Counted from the stretch's first letter, positions 30,089-41,846 are shown. The stretch: DNA of 64,000 bases from Candidatus Marinacidobacterales bacterium (GCA_965219415.1 CBDCNP010000002.1:2016001-2080000), one strand, 5' to 3'. Numbers and translations: made by a program. Notes: generated by a model not told the origin, from the letters alone.

Positions 30089-30447
30089 TCAGGGGTGCTC
30101 GAACCAGTATAGCTTCGCGACAGCCTCGGCCTCGGAATCGAAGACCCTACAGAGGTGATTGAATCCCAAGACTTCGAAGATGTTCAGGACCGTCTCGTTG
30201 AGATCCGTGAGTCGGATGTCGCCCCCCTAGAGCGTACCTCCTCGATATGCCCCATGATCACGCCCAAACCAGCGCTGGCAATGTAAGAGAGACCCGAACC
30301 GTTGATCACGATCTGCGTGCGACCGGATTCCACGGACCGCTCGAGCTCCTGCTCGAATTCGCGTACCGTGTGTGCGTTGATGAAACCGCGCGGGTAGATC
30401 ACCACCACTTCTCCCCGCTCTTGGCTTTCCATCATCAAATCAGGCAC
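30089..30447 (-). CDS. STAS anti-anti-sigma factor (RsbV-like); frameshift near 30225
   Basis: GFINAHTVREF, LSYIASAGLG, IFEVLGF. Confidence 0.88.
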
Positions 30448-30496
30448 CAGCTCCCCCACCCCAGAATTCTGTTTCCCCGAAGGGTCGACTTCCGTT

Positions 30497-31441
30497 TTAT
30501 AACACAAGGTCGCGACCGGGGCCACGGAAGAAGGCACCGGCATCTTCTTGATCCTGGGCCAGTTGCCGTTTGAGAGCGTCGGGCCCGTCGAAGGCGACCG
30601 TCGGCCGCAGTCGCTCGTGAAGAAAAAGTCGGATCGGCGCATCGTAGACTTCCTCCGAGAAGTCGAAGAGATGCGTCTCGACCGTTCGTGTCTCGATACC
30701 GAACGTGGGCCGTCGGCCCACGTGAGACATGCCCCGGTGAACCCGTCCCCCGAGCCTCGCGCTGGTCGCGTAGACGCCGTCCGCCACGAGCAGATCACCC
30801 ACCAGCGCCAGGTTCGCCGTGGGGAACCCAAGGCCCTTGCCTCGCCCGTCCCCTTTCACCACCTTGCCGTCCACGAAGTAGGGGCGCCCCAACATGGCGG
30901 AGGCGGCGGTCACTGCCCCGTCCGCCAATGCGCGTCGGATGCGCGAACTGCTGATAATCTCGTCGCCGCTTAGCGCCGGCTCGACCCGCCGAACCTCGAA
31001 GTCGAACGTCCCGCCGGAGGAACGGAGCGTCTCGAGACTGCCGGCCCTACCTCGGCCGAAACGGAAGTTCATCCCCAAGACTAGCTCCGAGGCGTGAAGC
31101 TTCTCGTAGAGAACGTCCCTGACGAAAGCCTCTGGCTCCTGGTGCGACAACTCGAGTGTGAACTCGATGATCAAGAGCAGATCGATGCCGGTCTCTTCCA
31201 GCAGCTCGCGTTTTTGTTCCGGGGTGAGAATACGCTTGGGCGCCATATCGGGGCGCAACACGCTGATGGGGTGCGGCTCAAAGGTTACGGCTACGGTAGG
31301 AACCGAGAGTTTATCGCCTCGCTCGACGAGAAGCTTCATGATGCGCTGGTGACCGAGGTGCACTCCATCGAAGTTACCCAGCGTGATGGCGGGTCGCGCA
31401 TCGGAGGCGAGATCCACCTCTGGATAGAAGCTGACGTTCAT
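30497..31441 (-). CDS. ribF: Riboflavin kinase / FAD synthetase
   Basis: GNFDGVHLGH, ISSSRIR, GRGKGLGFPTAN, ETH. Confidence 0.97.
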   Translation of the reverse strand: MNVSFYPEVDLASDARPAITLGNFDGVHLGHQRIMKLLVERGDKLSVPTVAVTFEPHPISVLRPDMAPKRILTPEQKRELLEETGIDLLLIIEFTLELSHQEPEAFVRDVLYEKLHASELVLGMNFRFGRGRAGSLETLRSSGGTFDFEVRRVEPALSGDEIISSSRIRRALADGAVTAASAMLGRPYFVDGKVVKGDGRGKGLGFPTANLALVGDLLVADGVYATSARLGGRVHRGMSHVGRRPTFGIETRTVETHLFDFSEEVYDAPIRLFLHERLRPTVAFDGPDALKRQLAQDQEDAGAFFRGPGRDLVL

Positions 31442-31457
31442 CGAGTCGCCGAAAGAC

Positions 31458-32723
31458 TCACTGCGGGAGAGAATCGACGCTATGGGGTTGGAGCTCTTGA
31501 ACGTACGTCAGGTAGGGCTCGCCGGTTTCACTGACCGCAAAGAGCGTCACACTGTTTGCCCGTCGCTCGTAAACGAACGGCACACGGTAAGCGTCGCGCA
31601 AGTCCTCGGCATCGACTAATCTCTCGCTGACGAGCCCTCCGAGCGAATCCGGACGGGCTCCGTAGGCGAGAAAAAAGGCGCGCAGCGCAACGTCCACCTT
31701 CTGCAGGCGGGCAAGGCCGACTCCCCGCCTCAGCTCCCGGCCGCCAACACTGAAGACCCCTGCCTTACCCGGAACCCGAAACGGGGCCAAACCGGACAGG
31801 ACCAAACCGGCCAAAATCATCAGCACGACCACGGCGAGAAGAAATGTCCCTTTTGCCCCGGCAACGGTCAGGCCGGCGTCGGTCGCCGACTCGAGAGGAG
31901 CCATCCGTTCCATGGGAGCGCGCTGCTCGGCAGGAGCAACGAGCTTTCGATCGAGGAAGTCGAACAAAATCCGACACACATCGAAATCACTCATGCCGGT
32001 CATGTCGACGATGGCCTCGATGGAATTTTTCGGATCCACGAGAAGGTAAATCTTGGCTTCGATTTCGTTGAGAATGAGATCGCCGGACGCGTTGGTCGGC
32101 TCGTTTGGCGAAGAATCTGCCCCGAGCCCACCCAGCACAGGTTTGTCTTCGTCCCCCCCTTGACGCACCCGAATCTTGTCTTTCGGTACCAACTGGCGAA
32201 ACGACATCTCCAAAGACGGGATGCGCTTCTCGATGATCGGCCATTCGTCGACGCGACGGATTCCCTCCATCAAGATGTGATCGGCGGTTACTGGGATCAC
32301 GTTTTCGCGGTCGTAGTCGACTTCCGTGGACGGGTCGAAGTTGTAGGTCCCATCACGCCATCTAAAAATGCGGAACACTATCTGCTGTACTTGCTCGGAA
32401 AGGGCTTCCTTCAAGTCCTTCGACTCGATGAAGCCTTGATTGGTAAGGACGTAGCCCAGTCGCTGCATGGACACTTTTTGCCTCGCGAGGGCCTGATCCA
32501 GATCTTCTTTCCGGAGCTTGTTTTGACGCACCAGGACATTGCCCAGCAAATCGTCGAGCCTGCGAACGGTGGAGTCGGCGTGCACGACTCGGCCGTCCTC
32601 GAACACGACGATGACCGTCTCTCTCTCGCTCTCGAGAGTGAGCATACCCGTCTTGCGCTGCGTGCCAATGAGCTGAAAGATGTCCGGCAGCGCGAAATCC
32701 TTTAACGTTCCCCTTAGAGCCAC
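31458..32723 (-). CDS. DUF4388 domain membrane protein
   Basis: ALRGTLKDFALPDIFQLI..KTGML..FRWRDGTYNF..LMEGIRRVDEW. Confidence 0.85.
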   Translation of the reverse strand: MALRGTLKDFALPDIFQLIGTQRKTGMLTLESERETVIVVFEDGRVVHADSTVRRLDDLLGNVLVRQNKLRKEDLDQALARQKVSMQRLGYVLTNQGFIESKDLKEALSEQVQQIVFRIFRWRDGTYNFDPSTEVDYDRENVIPVTADHILMEGIRRVDEWPIIEKRIPSLEMSFRQLVPKDKIRVRQGGDEDKPVLGGLGADSSPNEPTNASGDLILNEIEAKIYLLVDPKNSIEAIVDMTGMSDFDVCRILFDFLDRKLVAPAEQRAPMERMAPLESATDAGLTVAGAKGTFLLAVVVLMILAGLVLSGLAPFRVPGKAGVFSVGGRELRRGVGLARLQKVDVALRAFFLAYGARPDSLGGLVSERLVDAEDLRDAYRVPFVYERRANSVTLFAVSETGEPYLTYVQELQPHSVDSLPQ

Positions 32724-32730
32724 TTTTCCC

Positions 32731-34692
32731 TCACGCCCCGATCCGGGGTTGGGCCACGGTATTGGCCACAACAACCAGAAGGAGCATCACCGCGACCACC
32801 AAGTACGTCATGAGCGAGCTGCCAAGTCCCAGTGCCAGGTCCACGCTCGGGTAGAGGCCGCCTCCCAGCACCAGCAAAACCGCGCCGAGAGTCCAGAACA
32901 TTAGAAGCGGAAAACCGAGCAACGGCGTGTCTTCGGCAACGTGGCCGGCCCCCGGCGTCACCACTGATAGGATGCGGAAAACGAGTCGGTGGTTCCCCAC
33001 GTAACGATTCACTTGGCCCAGTTTTTGGTTACGGGCACTAGTGGATACACCGTCTTTGACGATGAACAGGTGGTAGCACTGTGTGCAAAGGCCTCGACGG
33101 CCCGTGCCAATCTGACAGCGTCCACAAAAGGGTCCGCCACATTTTCCGCACCGTTGCGTGTTCCGGCGATCGCTAGAGGCCACCTCGAGAATAAGGGCGA
33201 GCACTGCAAACAGAATGACTCCCACCGCGAAGCCAGTCACGCGGGGGCTCGAGAGAACCGTACCCCGTACCGACTGCGGAGGGTTGGGATGCACACCTTC
33301 TTCCAAACCGAAGAACTTGGCGAGAATATAGTCGGGCGCCAGCTGAACGTCGGCCACCGCCCGAAGCCCTCCCGTGCGTTGCTCGAAGGCGGCGACCGCC
33401 AGAGCATCCAAGTTCTCCGCTTGGTCGCGGGCCGCCTCCCGCTCGCTGAACCGAAAGCTTTCGCCGTGTGCAAGGCTCTTGTTGTAGTACGTCACGGCAG
33501 AGTCGGGGTGGTCGGAGATGGCATTGGTGTACTGAAATATCGCACCCTCCCAATCACGCTGCGCAAAGTAGATGTTACCCAGATTGGTTTGCGCCGCGAG
33601 ATCGGTCACATCGAAGTCCAACATTTCCCGATACACGGACGCAGAAAGTTCATACTCTCCGAGGTCCTTGTATAGGATGGCCAGGAGGAGTTTGAGGTCG
33701 CGGTCATCGGGGCTACCATCGAGCGCAGACTGAAGCTCGAACACATCGGTGGCCTCGAACGTGCCGGCATCCGAGGACAACGCAACCCGAAACGCCGGGT
33801 TGATGATGGTACGAGACCACTGGTTATGAAATTCGATCAGCGGGCCCAACAAAAGGAAACACAATAGAGACACTGCGCTCAATGCCTTCTCTCGTCGCGT
33901 CTGGTGGATGAAGGTCAGTGCCAACCAGTATGGGATGAGCCACGCGAAGCCGATCGTCAAGATGACCGGCAAAAACAAGACCAAAAGCGTCAAGGCCGAC
34001 ACCCCACGCCGTCCCAGTTTGTTCGCGAAACGCTCTGCAAAGTCATGATCGAGCAAGGCCGCGTAGCGGTAGAGCATCATCCCCGCGAACAAGAATAGAC
34101 CCAACAACACCGACAGCGTCGCGACAATCAGAAAATTGGCGCGCGCATAATAGCCGCCCCACAAGGAGCGAAACGAAGCGAGGTAACCATTGACCACGTA
34201 CCCAATGTAGGTCGGCAGCCAAAAGCCTCCGGACCGGCGCGCAACCTGGGCAAGTCCCAACAGGGGCGTGGACAACGAGGGGTCTAGTTCGTTGGCGGTG
34301 TCGAAGGTCGTCTTGGCTGCAGCGAGATTTCCTTGCTCCAAATGAGCGCTGCCCTGGAGCACGAGTGCCATAGCGATGTCGTGCAGATGAAACGCGTTTC
34401 GCTCTACGCGGAGACGACGGATTTCCACCAAGATCCTGAGACGCAGCTCGTTTTGCCCCGTCGCTTCGGCCTCCTGATACCGTCTCCAGAGTTGATCGAA
34501 GCTGCCGCTAAGATCGCCAAGAATCACTCCTTCATCAGCAACGCCCTCCCCGTCCTGTGAGGTTGCGGCGTACACCGTTCCCGCGAGCCCGTCGAAAGTC
34601 ACCGCCAACAGCAGGGTGAGGCCAGACGCAAGAAGGTTGCTCGACGCGCCTGACAACCTGCCCAACCTTACCAACCTTGACGACCTTGGCAC
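32731..34692 (-). CDS. TPR-repeat membrane protein with Cys-rich zinc-finger segment
   Basis: TPR helices (NLGNIYF), TM segments, CGKCGGPFCGRC..LCTQC. Confidence 0.8.
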   Translation of the reverse strand: MPRSSRLVRLGRLSGASSNLLASGLTLLLAVTFDGLAGTVYAATSQDGEGVADEGVILGDLSGSFDQLWRRYQEAEATGQNELRLRILVEIRRLRVERNAFHLHDIAMALVLQGSAHLEQGNLAAAKTTFDTANELDPSLSTPLLGLAQVARRSGGFWLPTYIGYVVNGYLASFRSLWGGYYARANFLIVATLSVLLGLFLFAGMMLYRYAALLDHDFAERFANKLGRRGVSALTLLVLFLPVILTIGFAWLIPYWLALTFIHQTRREKALSAVSLLCFLLLGPLIEFHNQWSRTIINPAFRVALSSDAGTFEATDVFELQSALDGSPDDRDLKLLLAILYKDLGEYELSASVYREMLDFDVTDLAAQTNLGNIYFAQRDWEGAIFQYTNAISDHPDSAVTYYNKSLAHGESFRFSEREAARDQAENLDALAVAAFEQRTGGLRAVADVQLAPDYILAKFFGLEEGVHPNPPQSVRGTVLSSPRVTGFAVGVILFAVLALILEVASSDRRNTQRCGKCGGPFCGRCQIGTGRRGLCTQCYHLFIVKDGVSTSARNQKLGQVNRYVGNHRLVFRILSVVTPGAGHVAEDTPLLGFPLLMFWTLGAVLLVLGGGLYPSVDLALGLGSSLMTYLVVAVMLLLVVVANTVAQPRIGA

Positions 34693-34740
34693 TTTAATAG
34701 GGTTTTAGAGAGGGGGGCACGGGGGCCTCGGTGCCCTGCA

Positions 34741-35271
34741 TCAGAGCTTCAGGATATTGGCCTTCGCCATAAACCGCATCCGCAGATCGTACAGAATCTG
34801 TTCGAGCGCTTCCTCCTCGTTCTTATCGAGATTGCCCTCGGTCTTCTTCTGCAACATGTCGAGGAAAGAGATCATGTCCTGGCCGGCGCGCAGGTTCTCC
34901 ACTTTCTCGCCCGAACCGGGATCCGGCACGTCGCCGAGTTGCACCAAAGCGTTTGTGGCCAGCATGCTGACGAGGTCCAAGAAACCCAGATCCTGAGGAG
35001 CTCCTGACGTCGCAGTCTGGACGTCTCGGGCGGGCGGGGCCTGCGACCCTTCGTGATGGGCGCGAACCGGTCGCGATGGCGGAGCGGCTGTACCATCTTT
35101 AGAGACGGGAGGAGATGATGCCGCTTCGGGTGCCTTCTCGACTCGGGTGTTTTCTACCGAGGCCTTCGAGGTGTTAGAAGCTTCCTCATCGTTCCGGGGC
35201 TCGCCCTCGGAAGTAAACTTCCTGCGGTCCGTTACCTTGAAGCCCTTGGTCTCGTCTTCTGACTGATTCAT
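34741..35271 (-). CDS. DUF1844 domain protein
   Basis: FKVTDRR, LQKKTEGNL, LYDLRMRF. Confidence 0.85.
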   Translation of the reverse strand: MNQSEDETKGFKVTDRRKFTSEGEPRNDEEASNTSKASVENTRVEKAPEAASSPPVSKDGTAAPPSRPVRAHHEGSQAPPARDVQTATSGAPQDLGFLDLVSMLATNALVQLGDVPDPGSGEKVENLRAGQDMISFLDMLQKKTEGNLDKNEEEALEQILYDLRMRFMAKANILKL

Positions 35272-35511
35272 CGATCCCGTTTCGCCTGACCGTTTGACCG
35301 CCTGGTTCGCGAGGGCTGCAGGTTCAACGGAGGCCCTAGGCTGGTAGTTCGGCGGAGTCAGACACCCCGGTTGAGAGCGGTCAAGAGCGGTCATATTAAC
35401 ACAAAGAAACACCGGGATCAACCGAACTATGCCTGTATCTTGCGCTGAGATAATGCTTTATAATTGCGCCGCCTTAACGGGAGCTCAAAGGATCGAATCT
35501 GGGGAGGACCG

Positions 35512-36309
35512 ATGGAGCCCGGTGAACGCTGGGAAAGAATGGTGGCATTGATGGCTCGCTTGCGCGGCCCAGAAGGATGCCCCTGGGATCGGAAGCAGAC
35601 TCTCTACTCGCTCCGCCGATTCATCCTGGAAGAAGCCTACGAGCTCGTCGATGCCATCGAGCAGGATGAAGGTGAGGCGATTAGGGAGGAGACGGGAGAT
35701 CTGCTCCTCGAAGTGCTTTTCGTCTCCCAGATCTGTACCGAGAAAGGCCTCTTCACTTCGAATGATGTGCTCGAGGGCTTGGAAGCCAAGATGGTACGCC
35801 GACACCCGCACGTTTTTGGCGACCAGACCGCCGGCAGCGCGGGCGAGGCGCTCGCTAGGTGGGAGGAGATCAAGGATACCGAGAAGGAGTCGGGTCCTCC
35901 CGTTCCGGGCGCTTTGTTGGGGAAGGTCCCTCGCGCGCTACCAGCCCTGGCACGGGCAGAGAAGCTTTCGGCCCGAGCCGCCCGCGTGGGGTTCGATTGG
36001 ACTTCGGTAGAACAGATATTCGACAAGCTGTACGAAGAGCTCCGTGAGCTCGATGCGGCTCGACAATCGGGAAGCACCGAAGCGGTGGCCGAAGAGCTTG
36101 GCGATCTTCTGTTCGTTCTTGCCAACATCTCCCGCCATCTAGGGATCGACCCAGAGCTCGCCTTGAAAGGGGCGAACCAGAAGTTCGAGACACGCTTTAG
36201 GCATATCGAAGAAAGTCTCGAAGCGGACGGGAGATCGCCTTCGGAATCGAGCTTGGATGAGATGGAAACCCTCTGGCAGGAAGCAAAAAAGAAGAAAGAG
36301 ATGTCTTGA
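35512..36309 (+). CDS. mazG: Nucleoside triphosphate pyrophosphohydrolase
   Basis: GCPWDRKQT, EEAYE, RRHPHVF, GFDW, EELGDLLF. Confidence 0.96.
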   Translation: MEPGERWERMVALMARLRGPEGCPWDRKQTLYSLRRFILEEAYELVDAIEQDEGEAIREETGDLLLEVLFVSQICTEKGLFTSNDVLEGLEAKMVRRHPHVFGDQTAGSAGEALARWEEIKDTEKESGPPVPGALLGKVPRALPALARAEKLSARAARVGFDWTSVEQIFDKLYEELRELDAARQSGSTEAVAEELGDLLFVLANISRHLGIDPELALKGANQKFETRFRHIEESLEADGRSPSESSLDEMETLWQEAKKKKEMS

Positions 36310-36321
36310 GTCAGCCTTGAG

Positions 36322-38727
36322 TCAGGGGCGACTACCGAAGGTTTGTAGCTCCAATCCACCCCGTTGATCGAGTCCGATACTCACCGCGCCATCCACGTCG
36401 GTCCTCAAGTACGTGATACCCCGCGCGCGGAGGCGATGTAACACCCGCGCCGAGGGAAGGTGTAAACTCCCACTAGAAATCACTGCGAGCCGCGGCCTGA
36501 CCGCCTCGAGAAAGGCCGCTCCGGTAGAGCTCCGGCTCCCGTGATGCGCCACCTTGAGCACATCGGCTCGAAGGGGCTTGCCCGAGTGGATGAGCTCGTG
36601 CTCCAGCAACCGTTCGGCATCGCCAGTCAACAAGAGGCGAGATCTACCATAGCGGACTCGAAGCACCAGCGAGTTGTTGTTCCGCCCGTGATTACGCAAA
36701 GCACCGGCAGCGAGCACTTCGAAACCGACGTCGCCGAGCTGAAACTCCTCGCCGCCCCAAAATCGCCGGACCTGCACGCCGCGGGTACTGGCTCCCTGTC
36801 GGAGTTGCCGGTAGGCAGGCAGCTCCCAAGTGGGGGGACCTTGCCAAATTTCCCTCACCTTGAGACCGCGGATCACCGCCGGCAAACCTCCGAGGTGATT
36901 GAAGTCCGAATGGGTCAGAACCACGGCGTGCAAGCTTCGCACTCCGCGCCGAAGTAATGCGGGAACGATGACTCTCTCCCCTATGTCGAAGGAAGGATCG
37001 AATGATCCCCCGCCGTCGACGAGGAGCCGTTTACCATCGGGAAGCTCCAGCAAAAGTGCATCGCCGTGACCCACATCGAGGGCCGTCAATCGAAGCATGG
37101 ATGACGGGGAACCCCGGCCTTCGATCATCAAGGTCAAAGCCATGATGCATAGGAGCATCCCGCATAGCCGCCGTAGCCAGCCATGGGTCACGAAGAGCGC
37201 GCCGAAGATGGTGAAATAGCCCCAAAACCACAACCAGCCCGGCGCGGGCACGCGCATCGATCCTCCAGGAAGAGCGACCGCGACCTGCCCGCACAGCGTG
37301 AGTCCCTTGACCTGTAACCAGACCAACCAAGCGAAGGCCTCCCCAATCCAAGCCACCGGTGCGACGATCAAGAGTAGCGCGGCAGTCACCAACGAACCGG
37401 CAGCCAGAGGCATGGCGACGATACCTCCGAGTACGGCGGCCGGCGTTAACCGTTGAAAATACCAAACCACGATCGGAAGGACGGCTGCCTGCGCGGCGAT
37501 AGATATGGCAATCGCGCGCCCGAGCATACTGAGCCCCCGACCCGAGAAACGACCCAAGTAATGCGACACGGATATCCCCAGGGGCACACCTAGACCGATG
37601 ATCGCAACGGTGGCCGCGAAAGAGAGTTGGAATCCGGGATCGTAGATGTCCAACGGCCGAAAAGCGAGAAGCAAGAGTGCGGAAGCCGCCAGTCCGTTAA
37701 GGGCGGGCACTTCGAGACTCAGAAGCTTGGCACCGACGATCGCACAGCTCATGGTCACCGCGCGTACGACCGAGGGGCGACCACCACATAGAACCGCGTA
37801 GAGCGGAAGCGCAATCAAAAGTACAAAAAGCGCGGGTGTCTGATCGCTTCCTGTCCATCGGAGCACCTTATAGAGGACCCATGCAAGGAGCGCGACGTGC
37901 GCTCCACTGATGACGATCACGTGGAACGTTCCCGATTCCTGATAGAGCCTTTCCGCCCACGAAGGTATGAGGGAACGATCGCCGATCAATAAGGCGATGG
38001 CGACGCCAGGAACTTCGTCTCCGACACCGATGCGGCGGAAGGCCTCGCGTATTCGGCGGCGAACAAACCCGCGAGCCCGCGAACCGAGCTTTCCGGGCGA
38101 CGCACTGAAGGCGGGCGCACCCCGTTCCACTAAGAGCGAACTTTTCACGGAGCCGGACATCGAGATTCCGCGGCGGGCCAGGTAAGCGAGGAAGTCGAAG
38201 CCTCCGGGATTCTGAAACCCGCGGGGCCGGCGTAGCGTCGCCCAGAGTGAGACACGTCACCCGCGGCGAGACTCGAAAGGGATCGTCGAAGCGCCGGCTC
38301 GCCCCGAACATTTAGGCTCACGCCCCGGCGTCGAGCCCCTCGAACCAGGTCGCCCCGCCCACTCCAACCTGCGCCACACGTTCAATAGAAGCTTGGTCGC
38401 TCGTGGCCGGAGGGCCGGCTCAGCCTTCAGAGTGCCCTCCAGGTGAAAGGGTTCTTCGAACCCAACTTCGCCGAGAGCATCATATAGCCGCAGCAATGGC
38501 TGGCGCTCGAGGATTTGCTCGGCCAGCAGGCGCGAGGACGTACCCAAGAAGAAGTAGCTTGAAAGCAGGAGAACGGTTGCGGCCAGTCTTCTTCCACCAC
38601 GGCAGGTCGAGACGGCGCCGGCAAGACACGAGATCGCGAGCGCCACCGTACCCTCGAGTGGAGGCGCGATCCTCGAGACCATCCCGACGACGAAGACTGC
38701 AGCAAGCGCAACAGCGGGGGCCCTCAT
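36322..38727 (-). CDS. comEC: ComEC/Rec2 DNA uptake protein (frameshifted 38160-38380)
   Basis: NPGGFDF, HVIVISGAHV, GFQLSF, DVGHGDA, NNNSLV, LLTGD, HHGS. Confidence 0.92.
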
Positions 38728-38761
38728 TGGGCTACCACCGATGGGGCTTGTCCGCCGAGTG

Positions 38762-39643
38762 TTAGTTCTTGGGTTTTCCCTTGGGGGTAAGCTCTCCGCG
38801 GGCCTTCTTGATGACGAGTCCGCGCGCCAGCCCATCGAAGTCGTCCTGATTCTCCCCCAGTCTCGGCTCGGGGCAAGCCAAGCTCAGGAGGTAGGCGAGG
38901 TCCTTCGAATAGTAGGCGACGATGCGATTGTAGACGGGTAAATCGGCAACTTGTTTGATGAAGCGTAGCTCGTAGGCCGTGTAGGGTCCGAGGTCCAACG
39001 GTCCCGAGCCCAGAAAGCGAAATCCGGGAGCGGCGGCTACCGAGCTCTCGACTTCTCCGATCACTTTGTGGAAATCCTTGTAGCTGCGCATCGATCTTCG
39101 AATCAGCGCCAACGTCGCTCGGGCGTCGCCCTCCCTTTTCTCCAACTGCACCGCGATGTCGAACGAAGCGACCATGTCTTGAACCTGCCAGGCGGCCGAC
39201 GGAACGACGAGGCTCACGCCCAGTTCGTCGTTCGTCCAAACCGGAGACGGCACGTCGCTGGCCGGAATCTTCGGAGTGGTCCGTCGGGGTGCCGAAGGAG
39301 GTTCCGGGAGCGTCGGTGCGGACTCGGCGGCGGCCGGCGTGGGCGGCGGAGCGGGTTTCGGTCCTGGCAGAGGAGAGGCCGGTGACTGCGGTGGAGGCTG
39401 CTTCGCAGGGCTCGCCGGTTGCCGTCCATTCAAGCGGTTGGTCGCGTCGAGATTGATGTAGTTGCTCGGTATCGATCGGAGCTTGCCGTCCATCGTGGTG
39501 ATGACCACAACGTTCTTCTTGATCTCGTACTTCTGGACCTGCATCCGGGTGCCGTCCGTGAAAATTACCACCTCGGCGGCCACAGCCCCGGCGGGCAGGA
39601 ACAAAAGGACGACCAAGATAGTGGCGACAGGCAAGCGCATCAT
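38762..39643 (-). CDS. Exported protein with Pro-rich linker
   Basis: GAGGAG RBS, signal peptide AVA-AE, PAP-rich linker, globular C-domain. Confidence 0.7.
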   Translation of the reverse strand: MMRLPVATILVVLLFLPAGAVAAEVVIFTDGTRMQVQKYEIKKNVVVITTMDGKLRSIPSNYINLDATNRLNGRQPASPAKQPPPQSPASPLPGPKPAPPPTPAAAESAPTLPEPPSAPRRTTPKIPASDVPSPVWTNDELGVSLVVPSAAWQVQDMVASFDIAVQLEKREGDARATLALIRRSMRSYKDFHKVIGEVESSVAAAPGFRFLGSGPLDLGPYTAYELRFIKQVADLPVYNRIVAYYSKDLAYLLSLACPEPRLGENQDDFDGLARGLVIKKARGELTPKGKPKN

Positions 39644-39745
39644 GCTCTCCTCTCCCAATCGGCGAGGGCAACATACTAGCGACTTCCAGCCCGCCAGGTC
39701 AAAACAGAACTCGGACGGTGTAACTCGGGGAGGGGTTCGCAACCC

Positions 39746-41131
39746 TTATTCCCGGGAGCGGAAGGTCGCGACCGATTCGATGTGGTGGGTATTCGGAAAG
39801 AAGTCGAGCAAGACCAAACGAGCCAATTCGAAACCTCCTCGCCGCAAACGGCCGGCATCGCGACCCAACGACGCCGGGTCACAGGAGATGTAGCGGAGCT
39901 CCTTGGGAGGTTTATCGCAAAGGGCGTCCACCACCCCGCGTTCCAAACCACCTCTTGGCGGGTCGGCGACGACGAGATCCACCCCTTCGAAGCCTTCGCG
40001 GGCAGCAAAATCGGCAGAGCTCTCCTCTCGGAACGTGATGTTGGCGATCCCGGCCCGGCTCGCGTTGGTCCGGGCGTTGGCGACCGCCGGCGGGGAGATT
40101 TCGACGCCCACCACCGCGTCCGCCAAGCCGGCCAACGGCAAGCAAAAGAGCCCACCGCCACAGTACAGGTCGACGACGCGACCGAGGCCGCGCCCGCCCT
40201 GCCCAACATGCCCACCAGGTTCGTCGGCGGGCACCACCTCGCCAACCAGTGCGTCCAGAAGGAAGCGATTTGCCTGGAAGAACGCATGAACACTCGCCTC
40301 CAAGTCAAAGCCCGCCACCCGATGTCTCGTTTGGGTCTCCCCCAGTCGGCGTGAGACCCGCGGCGCGGACGTCGGCCCACTCTCGGTAACGACTAACCCT
40401 GCCAGGCCGACCTTTCGTATGAGCTCTCCGAAATCGCGACGGCCCGGCGCCCTACCCATCTTGACGAGGAAATGAACGACCAACCTCCCTCCGGATTCAC
40501 GCCCTTCAGATTTGCCGCTTTGGGTCGACTCGTCTATTTCCACCGCTCCCACTGGCTCTGTAAGCTCGAACGATTCGATCCCGGACGCCCGCTGCCGATT
40601 GGCGGCCAGCCAATCACGGAGCTCAATAAGCACTCGATTGGCCGCATCCGATATCTGAAGACAGCGATCGATATCCACCACGCGGTGGGTGCCCTCCGCA
40701 TGGAATCCGACCACCGGGCCACGCCGGGTTTGTTTGACGTGGAAGCGCGCCTTGGCGCGATACCCGGACTCGGGTCCCGTCCGAACCGGGACCTCGTCGG
40801 TGAAGTCGAAACCCCCTCCCCGCCGCAGGCTCTCCAGGAGTATCTGTAGCTTCGCCTCTTTCTGAGCCGGCTGCTGAAGGTGCATCATCGAGCACCCCCC
40901 GCAACTCGCGAAGTACGGGCAAGGAGGTTGACGCCGAACGGGTGAGGGTTCGACCACCTCGACAACGGCGGCGCGCAAGAAATCTCGTTTGCGCTCGAAG
41001 GGCTCGACCAGCAGCCGGTCGCCCGGAGCCGATTGGGGAACGAAGATGACTTGGCCTTCGCGTCGTCCGAGGCCGAAACCCCCTGCAACGATCTTTTCGA
41101 TCTGAAGAGCAAACCGTCTGGTCGTTTCCAT
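39746..41131 (-). CDS. TRAM-domain RNA m5U methyltransferase (RlmD family)
   Basis: CPYFASCGGC, FFQAN, DLYCGGG, DPPRGG, YISCDP, FPNTHHIE. Confidence 0.92.
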   Translation of the reverse strand: METTRRFALQIEKIVAGGFGLGRREGQVIFVPQSAPGDRLLVEPFERKRDFLRAAVVEVVEPSPVRRQPPCPYFASCGGCSMMHLQQPAQKEAKLQILLESLRRGGGFDFTDEVPVRTGPESGYRAKARFHVKQTRRGPVVGFHAEGTHRVVDIDRCLQISDAANRVLIELRDWLAANRQRASGIESFELTEPVGAVEIDESTQSGKSEGRESGGRLVVHFLVKMGRAPGRRDFGELIRKVGLAGLVVTESGPTSAPRVSRRLGETQTRHRVAGFDLEASVHAFFQANRFLLDALVGEVVPADEPGGHVGQGGRGLGRVVDLYCGGGLFCLPLAGLADAVVGVEISPPAVANARTNASRAGIANITFREESSADFAAREGFEGVDLVVADPPRGGLERGVVDALCDKPPKELRYISCDPASLGRDAGRLRRGGFELARLVLLDFFPNTHHIESVATFRSRE

Positions 41132-41138
41132 GAGGCAG

Positions 41139-41846
41139 CTAGAGATAGAAAAGGCTCAGTGGCGGTAGCCCAAAGATCGAACGAACGCGTTTCAAGTAAG
41201 CCGCTCTCGACGCGGACTCGAATACGTCGGACGGCATGCGGGCTCGGTAGTCTTGAAGCGATCGTTCCGCCTCATCCGAGCATCGTTGCCGATCCTCGGG
41301 CTTGAGGACCGACTCCGCCGCTTCCAGGAGGCTCTTCTCGACCGCGTCCAGCTCCTGCTCGATCTCGTCCAGTGGCATGACATCGACCTCATCCGAGGCG
41401 AGCCAGTCGAGACGGCGAACCGATTCATCGATGGCGTCGACGAGTGCTTGACTTGCGGCATCGACTTTCTCTGTCGCTCCGGCCAGCTCTGCTCTTAGGC
41501 GGGACAAATAGGCCTGCACATCCGTGGGGTCGGTGCCGTTCGATCCGTCCCCCGATGGTGAGCCGGCGACCGCTTCTCGGAACCGTCGATAGTTAGCTTC
41601 GACGGTCTGCCGGCAGTAGGAAAGCCGTCGAATGGGACGGTTGGGTCTACTTCTTTCGAAGGCTCGGTCGAGACCTTGCTTCACGACCCTCAGAGGAATC
41701 TGCAGCTGACGCCAACGATCAATGAGCTGCCACTCGCGGGGACTGATGAACAAAGGGCTGCCGCGAAGAGCGACGAAATGTTTCTCGACTGCTGCATAGT
41801 AGTCTTCGTCATCCTCACGGGTGTCCGGGTGGTGGGCCTGGTTCAT
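41139..41846 (-). CDS. Hypothetical protein
   Basis: ATGA overlap with birA; YYAAVEKHF..SPREW..LSYC..GLPPLSLFYL. Confidence 0.7.
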   Translation of the reverse strand: MNQAHHPDTREDDEDYYAAVEKHFVALRGSPLFISPREWQLIDRWRQLQIPLRVVKQGLDRAFERSRPNRPIRRLSYCRQTVEANYRRFREAVAGSPSGDGSNGTDPTDVQAYLSRLRAELAGATEKVDAASQALVDAIDESVRRLDWLASDEVDVMPLDEIEQELDAVEKSLLEAAESVLKPEDRQRCSDEAERSLQDYRARMPSDVFESASRAAYLKRVRSIFGLPPLSLFYL